64,000 bases of DNA from the NCBI GenBank assembly GCA_029862125.1, contig JAOTXY010000008.1, positions 1,411 to 65,410 of the forward strand. Direction: 5' to 3'. The DNA comes from Gammaproteobacteria bacterium. GTDB lineage: Bacteria; Pseudomonadota; Gammaproteobacteria; GCA-001735895. Below, piece by piece: positions 47,064-58,378 of the stretch (the stretch's first letter is position 1; every line of letters begins with the position of its first letter). A program made the position numbers and the translations under genes. A model generated the notes under the pieces. It ran no database searches, was not told the origin of the DNA, and saw only the letters and a program-made list of their open reading frames with translations.

Positions 47064-47447
47064 CTAATGCAGTACCCGGGGAGTGGACAACACAAACTCC
47101 TCGATGGGCGCATCGAAATGGGAGCCGTCATCGGCAACCATCTGGTAACTGCCTTTCATGGTGCCGACTGCGGTTTCCAGCATGGTTCCGGAGGTATAGA
47201 CAAACTGCTCGCCTGGCTTCAGCAAAGGCTGTTCACCGACAACACCATCCCCACGTACTTCCTGGACCTTTTGATTGGAATCGGTAATGACCCAGTGCCG
47301 GGTCATAAGTTGCGCACTTTGCTGGCCCTCGTTCTGGATCGTAATCGTGTAGGCGAAAACGTAGTAGTTCTGCTCGGGATTTGACTGATCCTCGATATAT
47401 CGGGTTTCGACGTCGACCTTGATATTATTTAAGTCTGGCTCATTCAT
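47064..47447 (-). CDS. apaG: ApaG (DUF525) protein
   Basis: 127 aa. …YVFAYTITIQNEGQQSAQLMTRHWVITDSNQKVQEVRG…GEQPLLKPGEQFVYTSG… is characteristic of ApaG. Confidence 0.85.
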   Translation of the reverse strand: MNEPDLNNIKVDVETRYIEDQSNPEQNYYVFAYTITIQNEGQQSAQLMTRHWVITDSNQKVQEVRGDGVVGEQPLLKPGEQFVYTSGTMLETAVGTMKGSYQMVADDGSHFDAPIEEFVLSTPRVLH

Positions 47448-47482
47448 CTAATCTGGTTTCCCGTTGATCATTTTACTTTGCA

Positions 47483-48277
47483 TTATACCGCGACCGCTGC
47501 CTTGATGTGTTCGTGGCACTGGTAGTTCTCCAGTTCAAAATCCTCGAAACGAAACGCCAACAAGTCAGTTACTTCCGGGTTCAGTTTCATCTGGGGCAGG
47601 GCAAAAGGCGCCCGTTGGAGCTGCAGACCTGCTTGCGGCAAATGATTGGTGTAAAGGTGCGCGTCGCCAAGCGTATGCACAAAGTCTCCCGCTTCGAGAC
47701 CGGTCACCTGGGCCACCATCATTAACAATAGCGCGTAGGATGCGATATTAAACGGCACGCCGAGGAACACATCGGCACTGCGCTGATAGAGCTGGCAGGA
47801 AAGGCGCCCTTCAGCGACGTAAAACTGGAAAAAAGCGTGACAGGGCGGTAACGCCATGTTTTCAATTTCACCGACATTCCAGGCACTGACAATCAGGCGA
47901 CGCGAGTCCGGACTGGTCTTGATATCGTTGACCACCTGTTGAATCTGATCGACCACGTGTCCATCTGCAGCCCGCCAGGAACGCCATTGCGCACCGTATA
48001 CAGGTCCCAGGTCACCATTTTCATCGGCCCATTCATCCCAGATCCGCACCTTGTTCTGCTTGAGATAGCTGATATTGGTGTCGCCTTGCAGAAACCATAA
48101 CAGCTCGTGGATGATGGAATGCAGATGCAGCTTCTTGGTAGTGATAAGCGGAAATCCCTGGCCCAGGTCGAAGCGCATCTGGTAACCGAAAACCGATCGG
48201 GTACCGGTGCCGGTGCGATCCGTTTTTTCGGCACCATACTCGAGCACGTGTTGCATCAGGTCAAGATATTGCCGCAT
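47483..48277 (-). CDS. thyA: Thymidylate synthase
   Basis: …[19 protein letters not shown]… and the PCH active-site region. Confidence 0.95.
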   Translation of the reverse strand: MRQYLDLMQHVLEYGAEKTDRTGTGTRSVFGYQMRFDLGQGFPLITTKKLHLHSIIHELLWFLQGDTNISYLKQNKVRIWDEWADENGDLGPVYGAQWRSWRAADGHVVDQIQQVVNDIKTSPDSRRLIVSAWNVGEIENMALPPCHAFFQFYVAEGRLSCQLYQRSADVFLGVPFNIASYALLLMMVAQVTGLEAGDFVHTLGDAHLYTNHLPQAGLQLQRAPFALPQMKLNPEVTDLLAFRFEDFELENYQCHEHIKAAVAV

Positions 48278-49103
48278 TGTTGCTTTCCCTTTTTGCGAGT
48301 GTTAACAGAATAAGGCCAACTATAATCATTGGAATCGATAATACAATGCCCCTGGTAAGCCATTCAGTATTAAACAGATAACCGATATGCGCGTCCGGCA
48401 ATCGAATGAATTCAACACTGGTACGAGCCAGCCCGTACAACAAAAGAAAGTACCCGGATAGGGTCATTACCGCGCGTGGTTTTGACGATATAAACCACAA
48501 CGCCGCAAACAACAGAATGCCTTCGAGCAACATTTCATAAAGCTGCGTCGGGTGGCGCGCACTGAAACATAACGGTCCTGCAAAGTCGATATAGCGGTCA
48601 GGCGGAAATTGTTCGCAGGACAGTTTCATTGCCCAGGGCACCTTGCCGGGTGCGCCCCAGAGCTCGGCATTGATAAAATTTCCAAACCTGCCGGCAGCGA
48701 GTCCGAGCGGCACCAATGGCGCGATAAAATCGGTTAACTCCCAGAATCTGCATCCAAGCTTGCGCCGATAAATCTCCATCGCTACCAGCACCCCTAGAAA
48801 TCCGCCATGAAAAGACATGCCGCCCTCCCAGATCTTGAACAGGTACAGCGGGTTTTGCAGGAAACTGTCGAAGTTGTAAAAAATGACCGAACCAATGCGC
48901 CCGCCGAGCACAGCGCCCAGCGCACCGTAAAAAATGAGGTCGTCTATCTGTTCGGGTTTAACCAGGGATCGATCCTGCCGGGCACGGTACTTGCCGAGCC
49001 ACCAGGCACTGGCAAAAGCGAGCAGGTACATGAGTCCATACCAGTGCACTTTAACGGGACCTAGAGATATTGCGACGGGATCAATCGAAGGGAAAGCAAT
49101 CAT
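48261..49103 (-). CDS. lgt: Prolipoprotein diacylglyceryl transferase (canonical copy)
   Basis: …[11 protein letters not shown]…, …[11 protein letters not shown]… and …[14 protein letters not shown]…. It overlaps thyA as in E. coli. The start is taken at the [10 protein letters not shown]… ATG. Confidence 0.9.
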   Translation of the reverse strand: MIAFPSIDPVAISLGPVKVHWYGLMYLLAFASAWWLGKYRARQDRSLVKPEQIDDLIFYGALGAVLGGRIGSVIFYNFDSFLQNPLYLFKIWEGGMSFHGGFLGVLVAMEIYRRKLGCRFWELTDFIAPLVPLGLAAGRFGNFINAELWGAPGKVPWAMKLSCEQFPPDRYIDFAGPLCFSARHPTQLYEMLLEGILLFAALWFISSKPRAVMTLSGYFLLLYGLARTSVEFIRLPDAHIGYLFNTEWLTRGIVLSIPMIIVGLILLTLAKRESNNAAIS

Positions 49104-49322
49104 TGCGGGTAGTTCTGATTCAAACTCATGGGTATGCCTGATCAGGGTATTATTATCGCACGGAAACAATGCGGAATGTACAAACATGTCGAAAGCACTT
49201 GCCAGTGAATCGAGTCCGCAAGGTAGATTGCGCAGAAAACGAGCGACCTGGCGGTTAGTTCATAGATTTGTGAAGGCTTTGCTTGTCGTCGACCCGTGCA
49301 TGATACTGACAGGTTAATCCAG

Positions 49323-49688
49323 TTAATCGACGAACAGAACCAGGAACCAGACCGCAACCATTAGAATGATGGCCAGTGCCACCGCGGCGGAAGCCATATC
49401 CTTGGCCCGGCCCGAGAGTTCGTGATGCTCGTCGCCGAAACGATCGACAACCGCTTCGAGCGCGGAATTCAGGATCTCGACCAGCGGCAACAACAGCACG
49501 CTCGACACCAGCAGGGCTTTTTCGACACCGTTTTCGCCGAGATAAAGTCCGAGGGGAACCATTACGATACACAGCCAGGTTTCCTGGCGAAACGCGGCCT
49601 CGTGGCGATAGGCGGCACGTAATCCCTGCCAGGAATAACCGGTCGCCTTTACGAGTCGCGCGAAGCCCTTGTTGCCGCTATAGGCCAT
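49323..49688 (-). CDS. dgkA: Diacylglycerol kinase
   Basis: About 121 aa with 3 TM helices. …ARLVKATGYSWQGLRAAYRHEAAFRQE… is DgkA-like. Confidence 0.8.
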   Translation of the reverse strand: MAYSGNKGFARLVKATGYSWQGLRAAYRHEAAFRQETWLCIVMVPLGLYLGENGVEKALLVSSVLLLPLVEILNSALEAVVDRFGDEHHELSGRAKDMASAAVALAIILMVAVWFLVLFVD

Positions 49689-49826
49689 GCCATCTCCCCG
49701 ATAAAGCGTTTGCATGCTGGCACAGGTGCGGTTTTGAGGTCAGTGCGAGTATCGAGCTCGAGTCTGGCGTGAACATGATGTATGGCTTACTAAATGCCGG
49801 GTAACCGTGACAATAAGCGCCGTTGA

Positions 49827-50216
49827 CTATTCCTCGTCTGCTATGACCCCCGTGTAGGCTTCGGCATCGAGCAATGATTCGACCTCCTCCGGATCTTCCA
49901 TCGCGACCTTGTACATCCAGCCATCGCCATAGGCATCATGATTGATTCTTTCCGGTGCTCCGTCAAGCTCGTCGTTGACTTCGATGACCTCTCCAGAAAC
50001 CGGCGCATATATGTCGGAGGCGGCCTTGACCGATTCGATTACCCCGACCGAGTCGCCCGCGGCGATGGTACTGCCCTGCTCGGGTAATTCAACGTAGACA
50101 AGATCACCCAGCAGCTCCTGGGCATGATCGGACACACCTATGGTTGCGACATTTTCTTCAACCAGGACCCACTCGTGTGAAGACAAAAATTTCAGTTCTA
50201 CTGGCACTTCACTCAT
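49827..50216 (-). CDS. gcvH: Glycine cleavage system H protein
   Basis: The lipoyl-lysine motif …ESVKAASD… and an overall GcvH match. Confidence 0.9.
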   Translation of the reverse strand: MSEVPVELKFLSSHEWVLVEENVATIGVSDHAQELLGDLVYVELPEQGSTIAAGDSVGVIESVKAASDIYAPVSGEVIEVNDELDGAPERINHDAYGDGWMYKVAMEDPEEVESLLDAEAYTGVIADEE

Positions 50217-50222
50217 TTATTG

Positions 50223-51317
50223 TTACCCCCCTTCGGTTAACATGGATTTTCCCTCGCGCACAAAGGGAAGTTTAACAATTTCAGCCTTCAATAACCGGTT
50301 TCGAGCCTCGACTTCCACCTGCCCGCTTGCGCCCACAGGTACCCTGGCCATGGCTATCGACTGCTGCAGGGTCGGTGAATAACTACCCGAAGTAATCTCG
50401 CCCTCACCTTGCGCGGTCAACACTTTCAAATGATTGCGCAACACACCCTTGTCTAATAGTAACAGACCGACGAAGCTTTGCTGAACACCTGCTGCCTTTT
50501 CCGCCTCAAGCGCCTGGCGACCGATAAAATTGCGCTCATCCGACATCGCCACGGTCCAGCTCAAGCCCGAAACCAGCGGGCTCGTGGTTTCATCCATGTC
50601 GGAGCCGTATAGATTCATGCCGGCCTCGAGACGCAAGGTATCGCGGGCGCCAAGACCACAGGGTGCAACCCCGGCCTCAAGCAGGCGATCCCACAGATCG
50701 GCAATCTGTTCACTCAACATCAGGATCTCGAAGCCGTCTTCACCGGTATAACCGGTGCGGGCGACGAAACAGTCGTCGAATTCAACCCCCTGGAAACGCG
50801 ATAATTGCTGCAGCGGCGACTGCTGATACTCGGCAAACAGCTGCGTTGCCCTGTCTCTTGCATTGGGTCCCTGGACCGCCAGCATTGCAACATCGGCACG
50901 AAATTTTATCTTGAGATCGGGATAGGATTGCGCCTGCAGCTCTAGCCAGGCCAGGTCTTTCTCGCGCGTTGCTGAATTGATCACCACGCGATAAAAATTG
51001 TCGCGCAGGTAATAAGTAATCAGGTCGTCGATCACGCCGCCCTGCTCATTGAGCATGCAGCTGTAAAGCGCTTTTCCGGTAACTGTCAGCCTGCCAACGT
51101 CATTCGCGAGTAAATATTGCAGGTAGGCTTTCGCATCACCTCCGCTGACGTCAACCACGGTCATATGCGAGACATCGAACATCCCGGCATCGTTACGCAC
51201 TGCCTCGTGCTCCGAGATCTGCGAGCCATAATTAATGGGCATGTCCCAGCCGGCAAAATCAACAATCTTGGCACCTGCATCGAGATGGCACTGGTAAAGT
51301 GGTGTTTTGTTTCCCAT
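50223..51317 (-). CDS. gcvT: Glycine cleavage system aminomethyltransferase T
   Basis: …[33 protein letters not shown]…. The start is taken at MGNKTPLY… by alignment to E. coli GcvT. Confidence 0.9.
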   Translation of the reverse strand: MGNKTPLYQCHLDAGAKIVDFAGWDMPINYGSQISEHEAVRNDAGMFDVSHMTVVDVSGGDAKAYLQYLLANDVGRLTVTGKALYSCMLNEQGGVIDDLITYYLRDNFYRVVINSATREKDLAWLELQAQSYPDLKIKFRADVAMLAVQGPNARDRATQLFAEYQQSPLQQLSRFQGVEFDDCFVARTGYTGEDGFEILMLSEQIADLWDRLLEAGVAPCGLGARDTLRLEAGMNLYGSDMDETTSPLVSGLSWTVAMSDERNFIGRQALEAEKAAGVQQSFVGLLLLDKGVLRNHLKVLTAQGEGEITSGSYSPTLQQSIAMARVPVGASGQVEVEARNRLLKAEIVKLPFVREGKSMLTEGG

Positions 51318-51430
51318 CGACAATTTACCTCTCGGATCGGGCGCCACGATAAGCGCAGACCTTAAAGGATAGAGCCTGACCGAATCGAATAAAAGCCTTA
51401 ATTTACAAGCCAGGCTATCCAGCGAACATC

Positions 51431-52612
51431 CTAGGTGATGTTTTGTATCGCTTTTTCCATGATCGTGCGCTTGAACCACGGGGTTTCATCGACCACCCGC
51501 ATACCCAGGTTGCGGGCCGTGGCCACCCATTTCTGGTCCAGGCCGTAGAACCATTTCAGTACACCGAAACCTGTGCCCGCCACCCAGGTTTCGCTCTTGC
51601 GCTGGCGTTGGTAACGGCGCAACTGCTTTTGCGGGATGGTTTCAGAGCGCTCGCCGATCAATTGCGCGAGTGTCTCGACATCGCTGAAACCCAGGTTAAC
51701 TCCCTGGCCGGCGAGTGGATGCACACTATGGGCGGCGTCGCCGATGAGCAGTACCCGCCCTTTCAGCCAATGCTCGCAGTGATGCCAGCCGAGGGGAAAA
51801 CTCATGCGTGCGCTGCAGGATTTCACGCGGCCGAGCTTGAATTCGAAAGCCTCGGCGAGCGCGTCACAGAATTCATCATCAGTCGCGTCGATAAGTTGCC
51901 CGACCTGGTCGTCATCGCACGACCAGACGATCGAGCTTTGACCATTTGCAAGCGGCAGAAACGCCAGCGGGCCGGTGCTGAGAAAGCGCTGCCAGGCGGT
52001 AAATTGGTGCGCAAACTCGGTATCGACATTGGCGACGATTGCGGTTTGTCGGTATTGCCCGGCCTGCACATCAATGCCGGCCAGGTGGCGAGTCGGCGAA
52101 TTGCGTCCATCCGCCGCCAGCAACAGTTCGGTAGTAAGGCAAAGCCCTGAGCTTAGCCGCAACTCAACTCCCTGTGCGTGATTTTCAAGTAAGGTTTCGA
52201 TGCTGTCCGGCATGAACCACTCGATCTTGACCTCGCGCTCACAGGCGCGATAAAGCGTCTGCTGTAGCAGGCGATTCTCCACGATTGCGCCGAGATTATC
52301 GCGCGCCAGGTCGACCGCATCAAAAGCGACGCTGGCGGCGCCATGCTGGTGCCAGATATGCATTTGCTCGTAGTAGCAAACCCGTTTACTGTCGAGTTGC
52401 TGCCAGATGCCAAGTTGATCCAGGATATGACGCGAGCGCGGACTGATTGCCGACACGCGTAAATCATAAGTCTCATCATTTAGCTTATCGTTTTCGCGTG
52501 GTGCCGCTTCGATAACGGCAACCCGATACCCCTTGCCGGCCAGAGCTAGCGCGGCGCAGGTTCCGACCATGCCGGCGCCGGAGATAACGATATCGAATTT
52601 GCTGGAACTCAC
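51431..52612 (-). CDS. ubiI: FAD-dependent ubiquinone-biosynthesis hydroxylase (UbiI/VisC type)
   Basis: FAD motif [17 protein letters not shown], the UbiH/UbiF/VisC family, and its position after ubiH as in the E. coli pepP-ubiH-visC arrangement. Confidence 0.7.
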   Translation of the reverse strand: MSSSKFDIVISGAGMVGTCAALALAGKGYRVAVIEAAPRENDKLNDETYDLRVSAISPRSRHILDQLGIWQQLDSKRVCYYEQMHIWHQHGAASVAFDAVDLARDNLGAIVENRLLQQTLYRACEREVKIEWFMPDSIETLLENHAQGVELRLSSGLCLTTELLLAADGRNSPTRHLAGIDVQAGQYRQTAIVANVDTEFAHQFTAWQRFLSTGPLAFLPLANGQSSIVWSCDDDQVGQLIDATDDEFCDALAEAFEFKLGRVKSCSARMSFPLGWHHCEHWLKGRVLLIGDAAHSVHPLAGQGVNLGFSDVETLAQLIGERSETIPQKQLRRYQRQRKSETWVAGTGFGVLKWFYGLDQKWVATARNLGMRVVDETPWFKRTIMEKAIQNIT

Positions 52613-53814
52613 AAACGCCCCCGCAACAGGCGATTGCCACCGAAGGTCATGCCCATGCCGGCAAACGCGGCCTGGGTTTTCAAGGCCGGCACCAGGTCAA
52701 GCAGGCTGAGGCCCGCGGCGCGCAGATGATCTAACACCGGCAACTCGTTTGAGAACGTCGTCACCAGGCCGTCACCGTAACGGATCACCCGGCGCTGCTC
52801 CCCGGCCCGCAACCTTTCATAATCGTGCGCGATCTGGCTGAGCTCATCATCAAGCTCGGCTAGATTGTTTTCGCAGAGTAACTCGTGCAGGCATGCGATA
52901 TCGCGCAATGACAGGTTAAAACTCTGCCCGGCGACCGGATGCAATGCGTTTGCCGCGTTACCGATTAACAGGCAACGACCGCAATGCAGCGCATCCGCGC
53001 GCGTGCGCTGAATCGGGATCGAGAAACGTTTGCCGACGCGTTCGATCAATCCCAGGCGAAACCCGAAACAGTCCTGCAACGCGGCACTGAATTCAGCATC
53101 ATCCCCGGCACATGCCGTGCTTGCCTGTTCCGGCGCAAGGGTCCAGACGCAGGCATAGCGTTTTCCGCCCAGCGGCAACATTGCCAGCGGGCCCTGCGGT
53201 GTAAAACGTTCGTAGGCGGTGTCGGCTTTCGGTTGGCTGACCTCGACATTACTGATCACCACGGCCTGGCCATAATCGAAGTTCTGGTGTCTGATGCCGA
53301 GTGCAGCACGCGCCTTTGAATTTGCGCCATCGGCGATCAACGCGAGTTTTGCCTGCAGCTTTTGTCTGCGTTTATTTTTACGATAACCAATGGTGACGGC
53401 GGCGTCCTGCGCAATCGATTCAAATTCTGCAGTCTGTTCAAGTTTTATGTTGTTGGAGCTATCAACCGCGTCGAGCAGGTATCGGCCGAGGGCATGGCTT
53501 TCGATGACGTAACCCAGCGCATCGAGTTGATAGTCTTCGGCCTGCAGCCGGGTGACGCCCCAGCGTCCGCGCGACGACACGTGGATATGTCTTATCGGTG
53601 CGGCCTGAGTTTCGATCTGCCTCCAGATTCCGAGTGCCTTGAAGATCTGAACGCTGCTGGCAGAGAGTGCGATCGAACGCGCGTTTAATCCATCGCTGCG
53701 GGATTGCTCGAGGTTTCCCGCCTCGACGATCGATACTCGACGGCCTGAGTGCTGCAATACCAGCCCGGCGCACAAGCCTACCAGGCCACCACCGATGATT
53801 GCGATATCACGCAT
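52609..53814 (-). CDS. ubiH: 2-octaprenyl-6-methoxyphenol hydroxylase
   Basis: FAD motif IIGGGLVGLCAGLVL, the UbiH family, and its position downstream of pepP. Confidence 0.75.
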   Translation of the reverse strand: MRDIAIIGGGLVGLCAGLVLQHSGRRVSIVEAGNLEQSRSDGLNARSIALSASSVQIFKALGIWRQIETQAAPIRHIHVSSRGRWGVTRLQAEDYQLDALGYVIESHALGRYLLDAVDSSNNIKLEQTAEFESIAQDAAVTIGYRKNKRRQKLQAKLALIADGANSKARAALGIRHQNFDYGQAVVISNVEVSQPKADTAYERFTPQGPLAMLPLGGKRYACVWTLAPEQASTACAGDDAEFSAALQDCFGFRLGLIERVGKRFSIPIQRTRADALHCGRCLLIGNAANALHPVAGQSFNLSLRDIACLHELLCENNLAELDDELSQIAHDYERLRAGEQRRVIRYGDGLVTTFSNELPVLDHLRAAGLSLLDLVPALKTQAAFAGMGMTFGGNRLLRGRL

Positions 53815-55119
53815 TTAGCTCGCCATCAGGGCTTCGATCTCGGTCGCCTTGCGTGGCAGGGCATCCGTCAGTATTTCATAACCTTTAGACGTAACCAGCA
53901 CGTCGTCCTCGATTCGAATCCCGATATCCCACCACTTGCGATGCACCCCGCGGCTGCGTGCCGGAATATAAATTCCGGGCTCAATCGTCATCACCATGCC
54001 CGGTTCGAGCAATCGCCATTGATCCCCTACCTTGTAGTCACCGACGTCGTGGACATCGAGCCCGAGCCAGTGACCGGTACGGTGCATGTAGAATTTTCGG
54101 TAGGCCCTCTCCCTGATAAGCTTGGTAATGCTACCCTTCAGCAATTTAAGCTCGACCAGTCCCCGCGTAATGACGCGCACCGCTGCGTTATGCGGATCGT
54201 TCCAGTGATTACCCGGTTTGACTTTCTTAACCGCTGCCTGATGAGCGGCAAGCACGAGGTCGTAGACCTCACGCTGGGCTTTCGAGTATTTTCCATTGAT
54301 CGGAAAAGTGCGGGTAATGTCCGATGCATATCCTTCGACTTCGCAGCCGGCATCGATCAACAGCAGGTCACCATCGTTCAATTCGTCGGTATTCTCGGTG
54401 TAGTGCAGGATACAACCGTTGGCGCCACCTCCGACAATCGCAGGGTAGGCATGATGTGCATTGTGGGTGCGATACTCGTGATCGAACTCGGCCGCCAGTT
54501 GATATTCGTACTTGCCCGGCGCGCACAGCTTTAGCGCGCGTTTGTGCGCGCGCACGTTGATGGCCGCGGCCTTGCGCATCAGGCGCAGTTCTTCGCGACT
54601 CTTGTAGAGTCGCATGTCATGCAGTATGTAATCCAGGGATACAAACTCAGACGGGAAATGCAACCCCGCTCTCGACTGTTCCTTGATGTGGCTCACCCAG
54701 CCGATCAGGCGCTTGTCGAAATCCGGGTAACGACCCATGACATTAAATATTGAATCCGTCCCCTCGAGCAGGCCCGGCAGGATGTCATCGATATCATCAA
54801 TCGGAAATGAATCATCCGCACCATAGGTTTCGATCGCACCCTCCTGGCCGGCGCGGCGTCCGTTCCAGGTCTCCTGCTCCGGATCCTTCTCCCGACAAAA
54901 AAGGATGTACTCACCGTGCTTGCGCCCTGGCATCAGGACCATGACTGCGTCGGGTTCATTAAACCCGGTAAGGTACAGGAAATCGCTGTCCTGACGGAAC
55001 GGGAAATGGGCATCCCGGTTGCGGATAATTTCAGAGGCAGAGGGCAGAATTGCGATCGTATTCTTACCCATCATCTTCATTAACTGGCTGCGACGGCGTT
55101 TAAACTCGGCTGGTTTCAT
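53815..55119 (-). CDS. pepP: Xaa-Pro aminopeptidase
   Basis: M24B metalloprotease motifs (…HRTGHWLGLDVHD…) and an N-terminal creatinase-like domain. Confidence 0.9.
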   Translation of the reverse strand: MKPAEFKRRRSQLMKMMGKNTIAILPSASEIIRNRDAHFPFRQDSDFLYLTGFNEPDAVMVLMPGRKHGEYILFCREKDPEQETWNGRRAGQEGAIETYGADDSFPIDDIDDILPGLLEGTDSIFNVMGRYPDFDKRLIGWVSHIKEQSRAGLHFPSEFVSLDYILHDMRLYKSREELRLMRKAAAINVRAHKRALKLCAPGKYEYQLAAEFDHEYRTHNAHHAYPAIVGGGANGCILHYTENTDELNDGDLLLIDAGCEVEGYASDITRTFPINGKYSKAQREVYDLVLAAHQAAVKKVKPGNHWNDPHNAAVRVITRGLVELKLLKGSITKLIRERAYRKFYMHRTGHWLGLDVHDVGDYKVGDQWRLLEPGMVMTIEPGIYIPARSRGVHRKWWDIGIRIEDDVLVTSKGYEILTDALPRKATEIEALMAS

Positions 55120-55242
55120 CTATTGCTCGTAAATTTAAGTCCACCTGTCATCCCCGTGTAAACGGGGATCTTGCGATGGCGCCCTGGTTTAAGGTTCCCG
55201 CTTGCGCGGCGGTCCAACGTATCGGAATGACAACAATTTAAA

Positions 55243-55785
55243 TCAGTGTACGGTTGACGAGGTTTTGAGCGGATTCAACGACTCGTTCAAAATCAGCGCC
55301 GCGATGCGCACATGCTCAACAATTTCGGCAAACTGCCGTTCGGCGTCCTCGCTGGCCTCTTCATCATGGCCGAGCTTACTAATTTCGAGCAGGTCTGACA
55401 AACACTCGCGCGTTTCATCGTCCAGCGAATCTTCAACACCAGCCCTGAAGACGCCAAAACCGTACAGAAAACCCTGGCACCAGGCTGACAAACCCAGCAG
55501 GCGCAGTCCGAAATCCTCGGATTCATCGGGCAATAGCAGCTCAAAATTCAATTCCTCATCATTAAGCTGCGCGCTGGTCTGTTCGTACAATTGCTCGAGC
55601 AGACCTAGCTGCTCATTTGCCAGTACATCGCCCTTATCAGGTAATTCGTCCAGCGTATGCCCGAGCCAGTTCACGCAGGGCGCGTTGTCAATCAACAGCG
55701 CACAGAGGGTACCGTGCGATTCGGCGGCATCGGCAGTCGAGCCCAGTCGTTCCAGCGCCGTTTGCACCTGGTCGAAATCGAGCAT
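55243..55785 (-). CDS. ygfB: UPF0149-family protein YgfB
   Basis: An acidic ~180 aa protein with a YgfB-like sequence. It is divergent from zapA as in E. coli and Pseudomonas. Confidence 0.8.
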   Translation of the reverse strand: MLDFDQVQTALERLGSTADAAESHGTLCALLIDNAPCVNWLGHTLDELPDKGDVLANEQLGLLEQLYEQTSAQLNDEELNFELLLPDESEDFGLRLLGLSAWCQGFLYGFGVFRAGVEDSLDDETRECLSDLLEISKLGHDEEASEDAERQFAEIVEHVRIAALILNESLNPLKTSSTVH

Positions 55786-55892
55786 TGTAGAAAACCTGCA
55801 AATTCGTATAATTTTTGTATTCTAGCATTCGAACCCAGCAGCAAAAACAACTGCATGTTGACCTGCGCAGCCTAAGGCCTGATGATTGCACT

Positions 55893-56123
55893 ATGGACTC
55901 AGATAAAGACAAGTATACCGAAGACGACCTCCGCCAGCTCGAGCAGCGTATCGACGAGCTTATCGATACCGTAGGTATGTTAAAAAACGAAAATACCAGC
56001 TTGCGACAGCAAAAAGACAAGTTGGCGACCGAACGCTCTCAGCTAATCGAAAAAACCGAGATGGCGCGTAGCCGGGTTGAGGCGATGATTTCACGCTTGC
56101 GATCACTTGAACTAGGCTCATGA
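55893..56123 (+). CDS. Small coiled-coil protein (TIGR02449 / ZapB-like) upstream of zapA
   Basis: About 76 aa and all coiled coil (…LRQLEQRIDELIDTVGMLKNENTSLRQQKDKL…). The start is taken at MDSDKD; its stop overlaps the zapA start. Confidence 0.6.
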   Translation: MDSDKDKYTEDDLRQLEQRIDELIDTVGMLKNENTSLRQQKDKLATERSQLIEKTEMARSRVEAMISRLRSLELGS

Positions 56124-56431
56124 CAGACGCTCAACCGATCAACATTTCCATCCTCGATAAAGATTACAAGGTCGCCTGCCCGCCGGGCGAGCAATCGGCG
56201 TTACTCGAATCCGCCAAGTTTCTCGATAACAAGATGCGCGAAATTCGTGACAACGGCAACATCATGGGCTCCGAACGGATTGCGGTCATCACCGCGCTTA
56301 ACATGGCTAACGATCTACTAAGGACCAGCAACGTGGATAAAGAGATCGGCCAGGAACTGCCACCACGCCTGAAAGACCTGGAAAATAAAATCTCCCGCGT
56401 CCTCGAACAGGCACGTCAATTAGAAATCTAA
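56120..56431 (+). CDS. zapA: Cell division protein ZapA
   Basis: …INISILDKDYKVACPPGEQSALLESAKFLDNKMREIR… is the ZapA pattern. Confidence 0.85.
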   Translation: MTDAQPINISILDKDYKVACPPGEQSALLESAKFLDNKMREIRDNGNIMGSERIAVITALNMANDLLRTSNVDKEIGQELPPRLKDLENKISRVLEQARQLEI

Positions 56432-56524
56432 ACCCTATTAGAATTTTAAATTGTACTTTTAGGTGAAATCGAGCCATAGTTAGTCTGATACTGACTACGG
56501 TGATCGTTAGCATCCATCATAATC

Positions 56525-56695
56525 CTTGAGCCTATTTATCAATCTCGGGGTCTTCCGTGTAACACTGATGTGCATGCCTGACGAGTCAGGACGCCTAATG
56601 GGTTACCAATAACCCCACCTGAACCTTCGGTTCAAGGTTGATAGATTTGCGACGACACCGTGGTTGGTATCCTCGATTAGAGATAAACCCCCGAA
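56525..56695 (+). ncRNA. ssrS: Candidate 6S RNA (ssrS); strand and exact ends uncertain
   Basis: It sits directly downstream of zapA, as ssrS does in E. coli and Pseudomonas. 6S-like elements are present (GCGACGACAC, a CCUGAACC-UUCG-GGUUCAAGG hairpin, GGUUGGU) and the 5' and 3' ends can pair (…UUUAUCAAUCUCGGGG / CCUCGAUUAGAGAUAAACCCC). A possible -10 CATAAT lies at ~56516. Confidence 0.55.
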
Positions 56696-56745
56696 TTCTA
56701 AGATAATTTAGTGACCTGCCTCGGCAGCGCCCGCAGCACTGCCTG

Positions 56746-58269
56746 TCACTTCAGGAATAACTGGTAGGCCTCGTTATCGGTCTCGTCCCAGTAGGGAATC
56801 TTGAGGCTCTTGAGAAATGCATTGAAAGCCCTGTTATCACCCCGGTTGACCTGAAATCCCATCAGGATACGGCCGAAATTTGAGCCATGGTTGCGATAAT
56901 GAAACAGGCTTATATTCCAGCGATTGCCCACCTTCATCAAAAAATCTAATAACGCGCCCGGTTTTTCCGGAAACTGGAAGCGGTAAAGAAGCTCGGTTGA
57001 GACGCTGCTGCCTGGATGCCCGCCAATCATGTAACGAGTATGCAGCTTGGCAACCTCGTTGCCGGTCATGTCGACCACGCCGTAACCTTTGGCACCCAGT
57101 TTTTCGATGAGCTTGTTTTTCTCATCAATCCCGTGGGTAAGCTGAATACCGGCAAATACCCGCGCTATCGTATCGTCGGCATAGCGATAGTTGAACTCGG
57201 TAATCGAACGATGTCCGATTAACTGGCACAGCTTTTTGAAACTGCCCGGTCGCTCCGGAATTTCTACCGCCAGCAAGGCCTCGCGATCTTCACCGAGCTC
57301 GGCCCGCTCGGATACGTGGCGCAGACGGTCGAAATTCATGTTAGCCCCACAGTTGATCGCCACCAGCGTTTGCTGCTTGATGCCGTGCATCTCGACGTAT
57401 TTCTTTAACCCTGCAAGCGATAAGGCACCCGCGGGTTCACAGATAGCGCGCGTGTCCTCATAGGTATCCTTTATCGCCGCGCAGATCTGGTCGGTCGAGA
57501 CCAGCACCACGTCATCGACCAGGTCCCTGATCATCGACCAGTTTTTTTTGCCGACCTGTTTCACGGCGACACCGTCTGCAAAAATTCCGACTTCTTTAAG
57601 CCTGACGCGTCGCCCGGCTTTGCGCGCTTCGTAGAAACAGGCGGCGTCATCGGGTTCGACACCGATTATCCGGATTTCCGGTTTGACTGCCTTCAGAAAG
57701 CCGGCAATTCCGCCGATTAACCCGCCTCCACCAACGGCCACGAAAATCGCGTCTATCTTGCCCGGGTGTTCACGGATGATTTCATGCGCGATGGTACCCT
57801 GGCCCGCCATCACGTCGAAGTCATCATACGGATGGATAAAAGCCAGGCGCTCCTTCTTCGCAAGCTTTAACGAGTAATCCTTGGCGGCGTCAAAGTTTTC
57901 TCCGTACAGGACCGCCTTCGCACCGTAAGATCTGACCGCCGTGACCTTGATATCGGGTGTCGTGGTGGGCATGACGATGGTTGCCTTGAGATGAAGTTTT
58001 TTCGCGGCTAACGCAACGCCCTGTGCATGGTTTCCGGCGGAGGCGGTTATAACGCCCTTTAATCCGGGATTGGCCTGCAGCTCCTGGTAAATCTTGTTGA
58101 ACGCGCCCCGACACTTGAAGGAAAACACGGGCTGCAAATCCTCGCGCTTGATATAGACCTGGCTGTCGTAACGCTTCGAAATTCGCGGCATATGATCAAG
58201 CGGTGTTTCGCGGGCGACGTCGTAGACCCTCGCGGTAAGCACTTTTTCTAGAAACTTTTCCTTTTGCAT
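56746..58269 (-). CDS. ilvA: Biosynthetic threonine dehydratase (two C-terminal regulatory domains)
   Basis: The PLP site …FSFKCRGAFN… and a ~507 aa length typical of IlvA. Confidence 0.9.
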   Translation of the reverse strand: MQKEKFLEKVLTARVYDVARETPLDHMPRISKRYDSQVYIKREDLQPVFSFKCRGAFNKIYQELQANPGLKGVITASAGNHAQGVALAAKKLHLKATIVMPTTTPDIKVTAVRSYGAKAVLYGENFDAAKDYSLKLAKKERLAFIHPYDDFDVMAGQGTIAHEIIREHPGKIDAIFVAVGGGGLIGGIAGFLKAVKPEIRIIGVEPDDAACFYEARKAGRRVRLKEVGIFADGVAVKQVGKKNWSMIRDLVDDVVLVSTDQICAAIKDTYEDTRAICEPAGALSLAGLKKYVEMHGIKQQTLVAINCGANMNFDRLRHVSERAELGEDREALLAVEIPERPGSFKKLCQLIGHRSITEFNYRYADDTIARVFAGIQLTHGIDEKNKLIEKLGAKGYGVVDMTGNEVAKLHTRYMIGGHPGSSVSTELLYRFQFPEKPGALLDFLMKVGNRWNISLFHYRNHGSNFGRILMGFQVNRGDNRAFNAFLKSLKIPYWDETDNEAYQLFLK

Positions 58270-58378
58270 AGCCCGATATTAATTTATATGTAGAAATTAT
58301 TCGCAAAACCGCGCAATAACTTGCGCGGACTGCAGGTGATTATCATAATTGATTGCACATGAAGCAACAGGTAAATCC

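Noticed and set aside
53749-54534. 261-aa plus-strand ORF over ubiH/pepP
   Set aside because: It is antisense to two well-supported genes.
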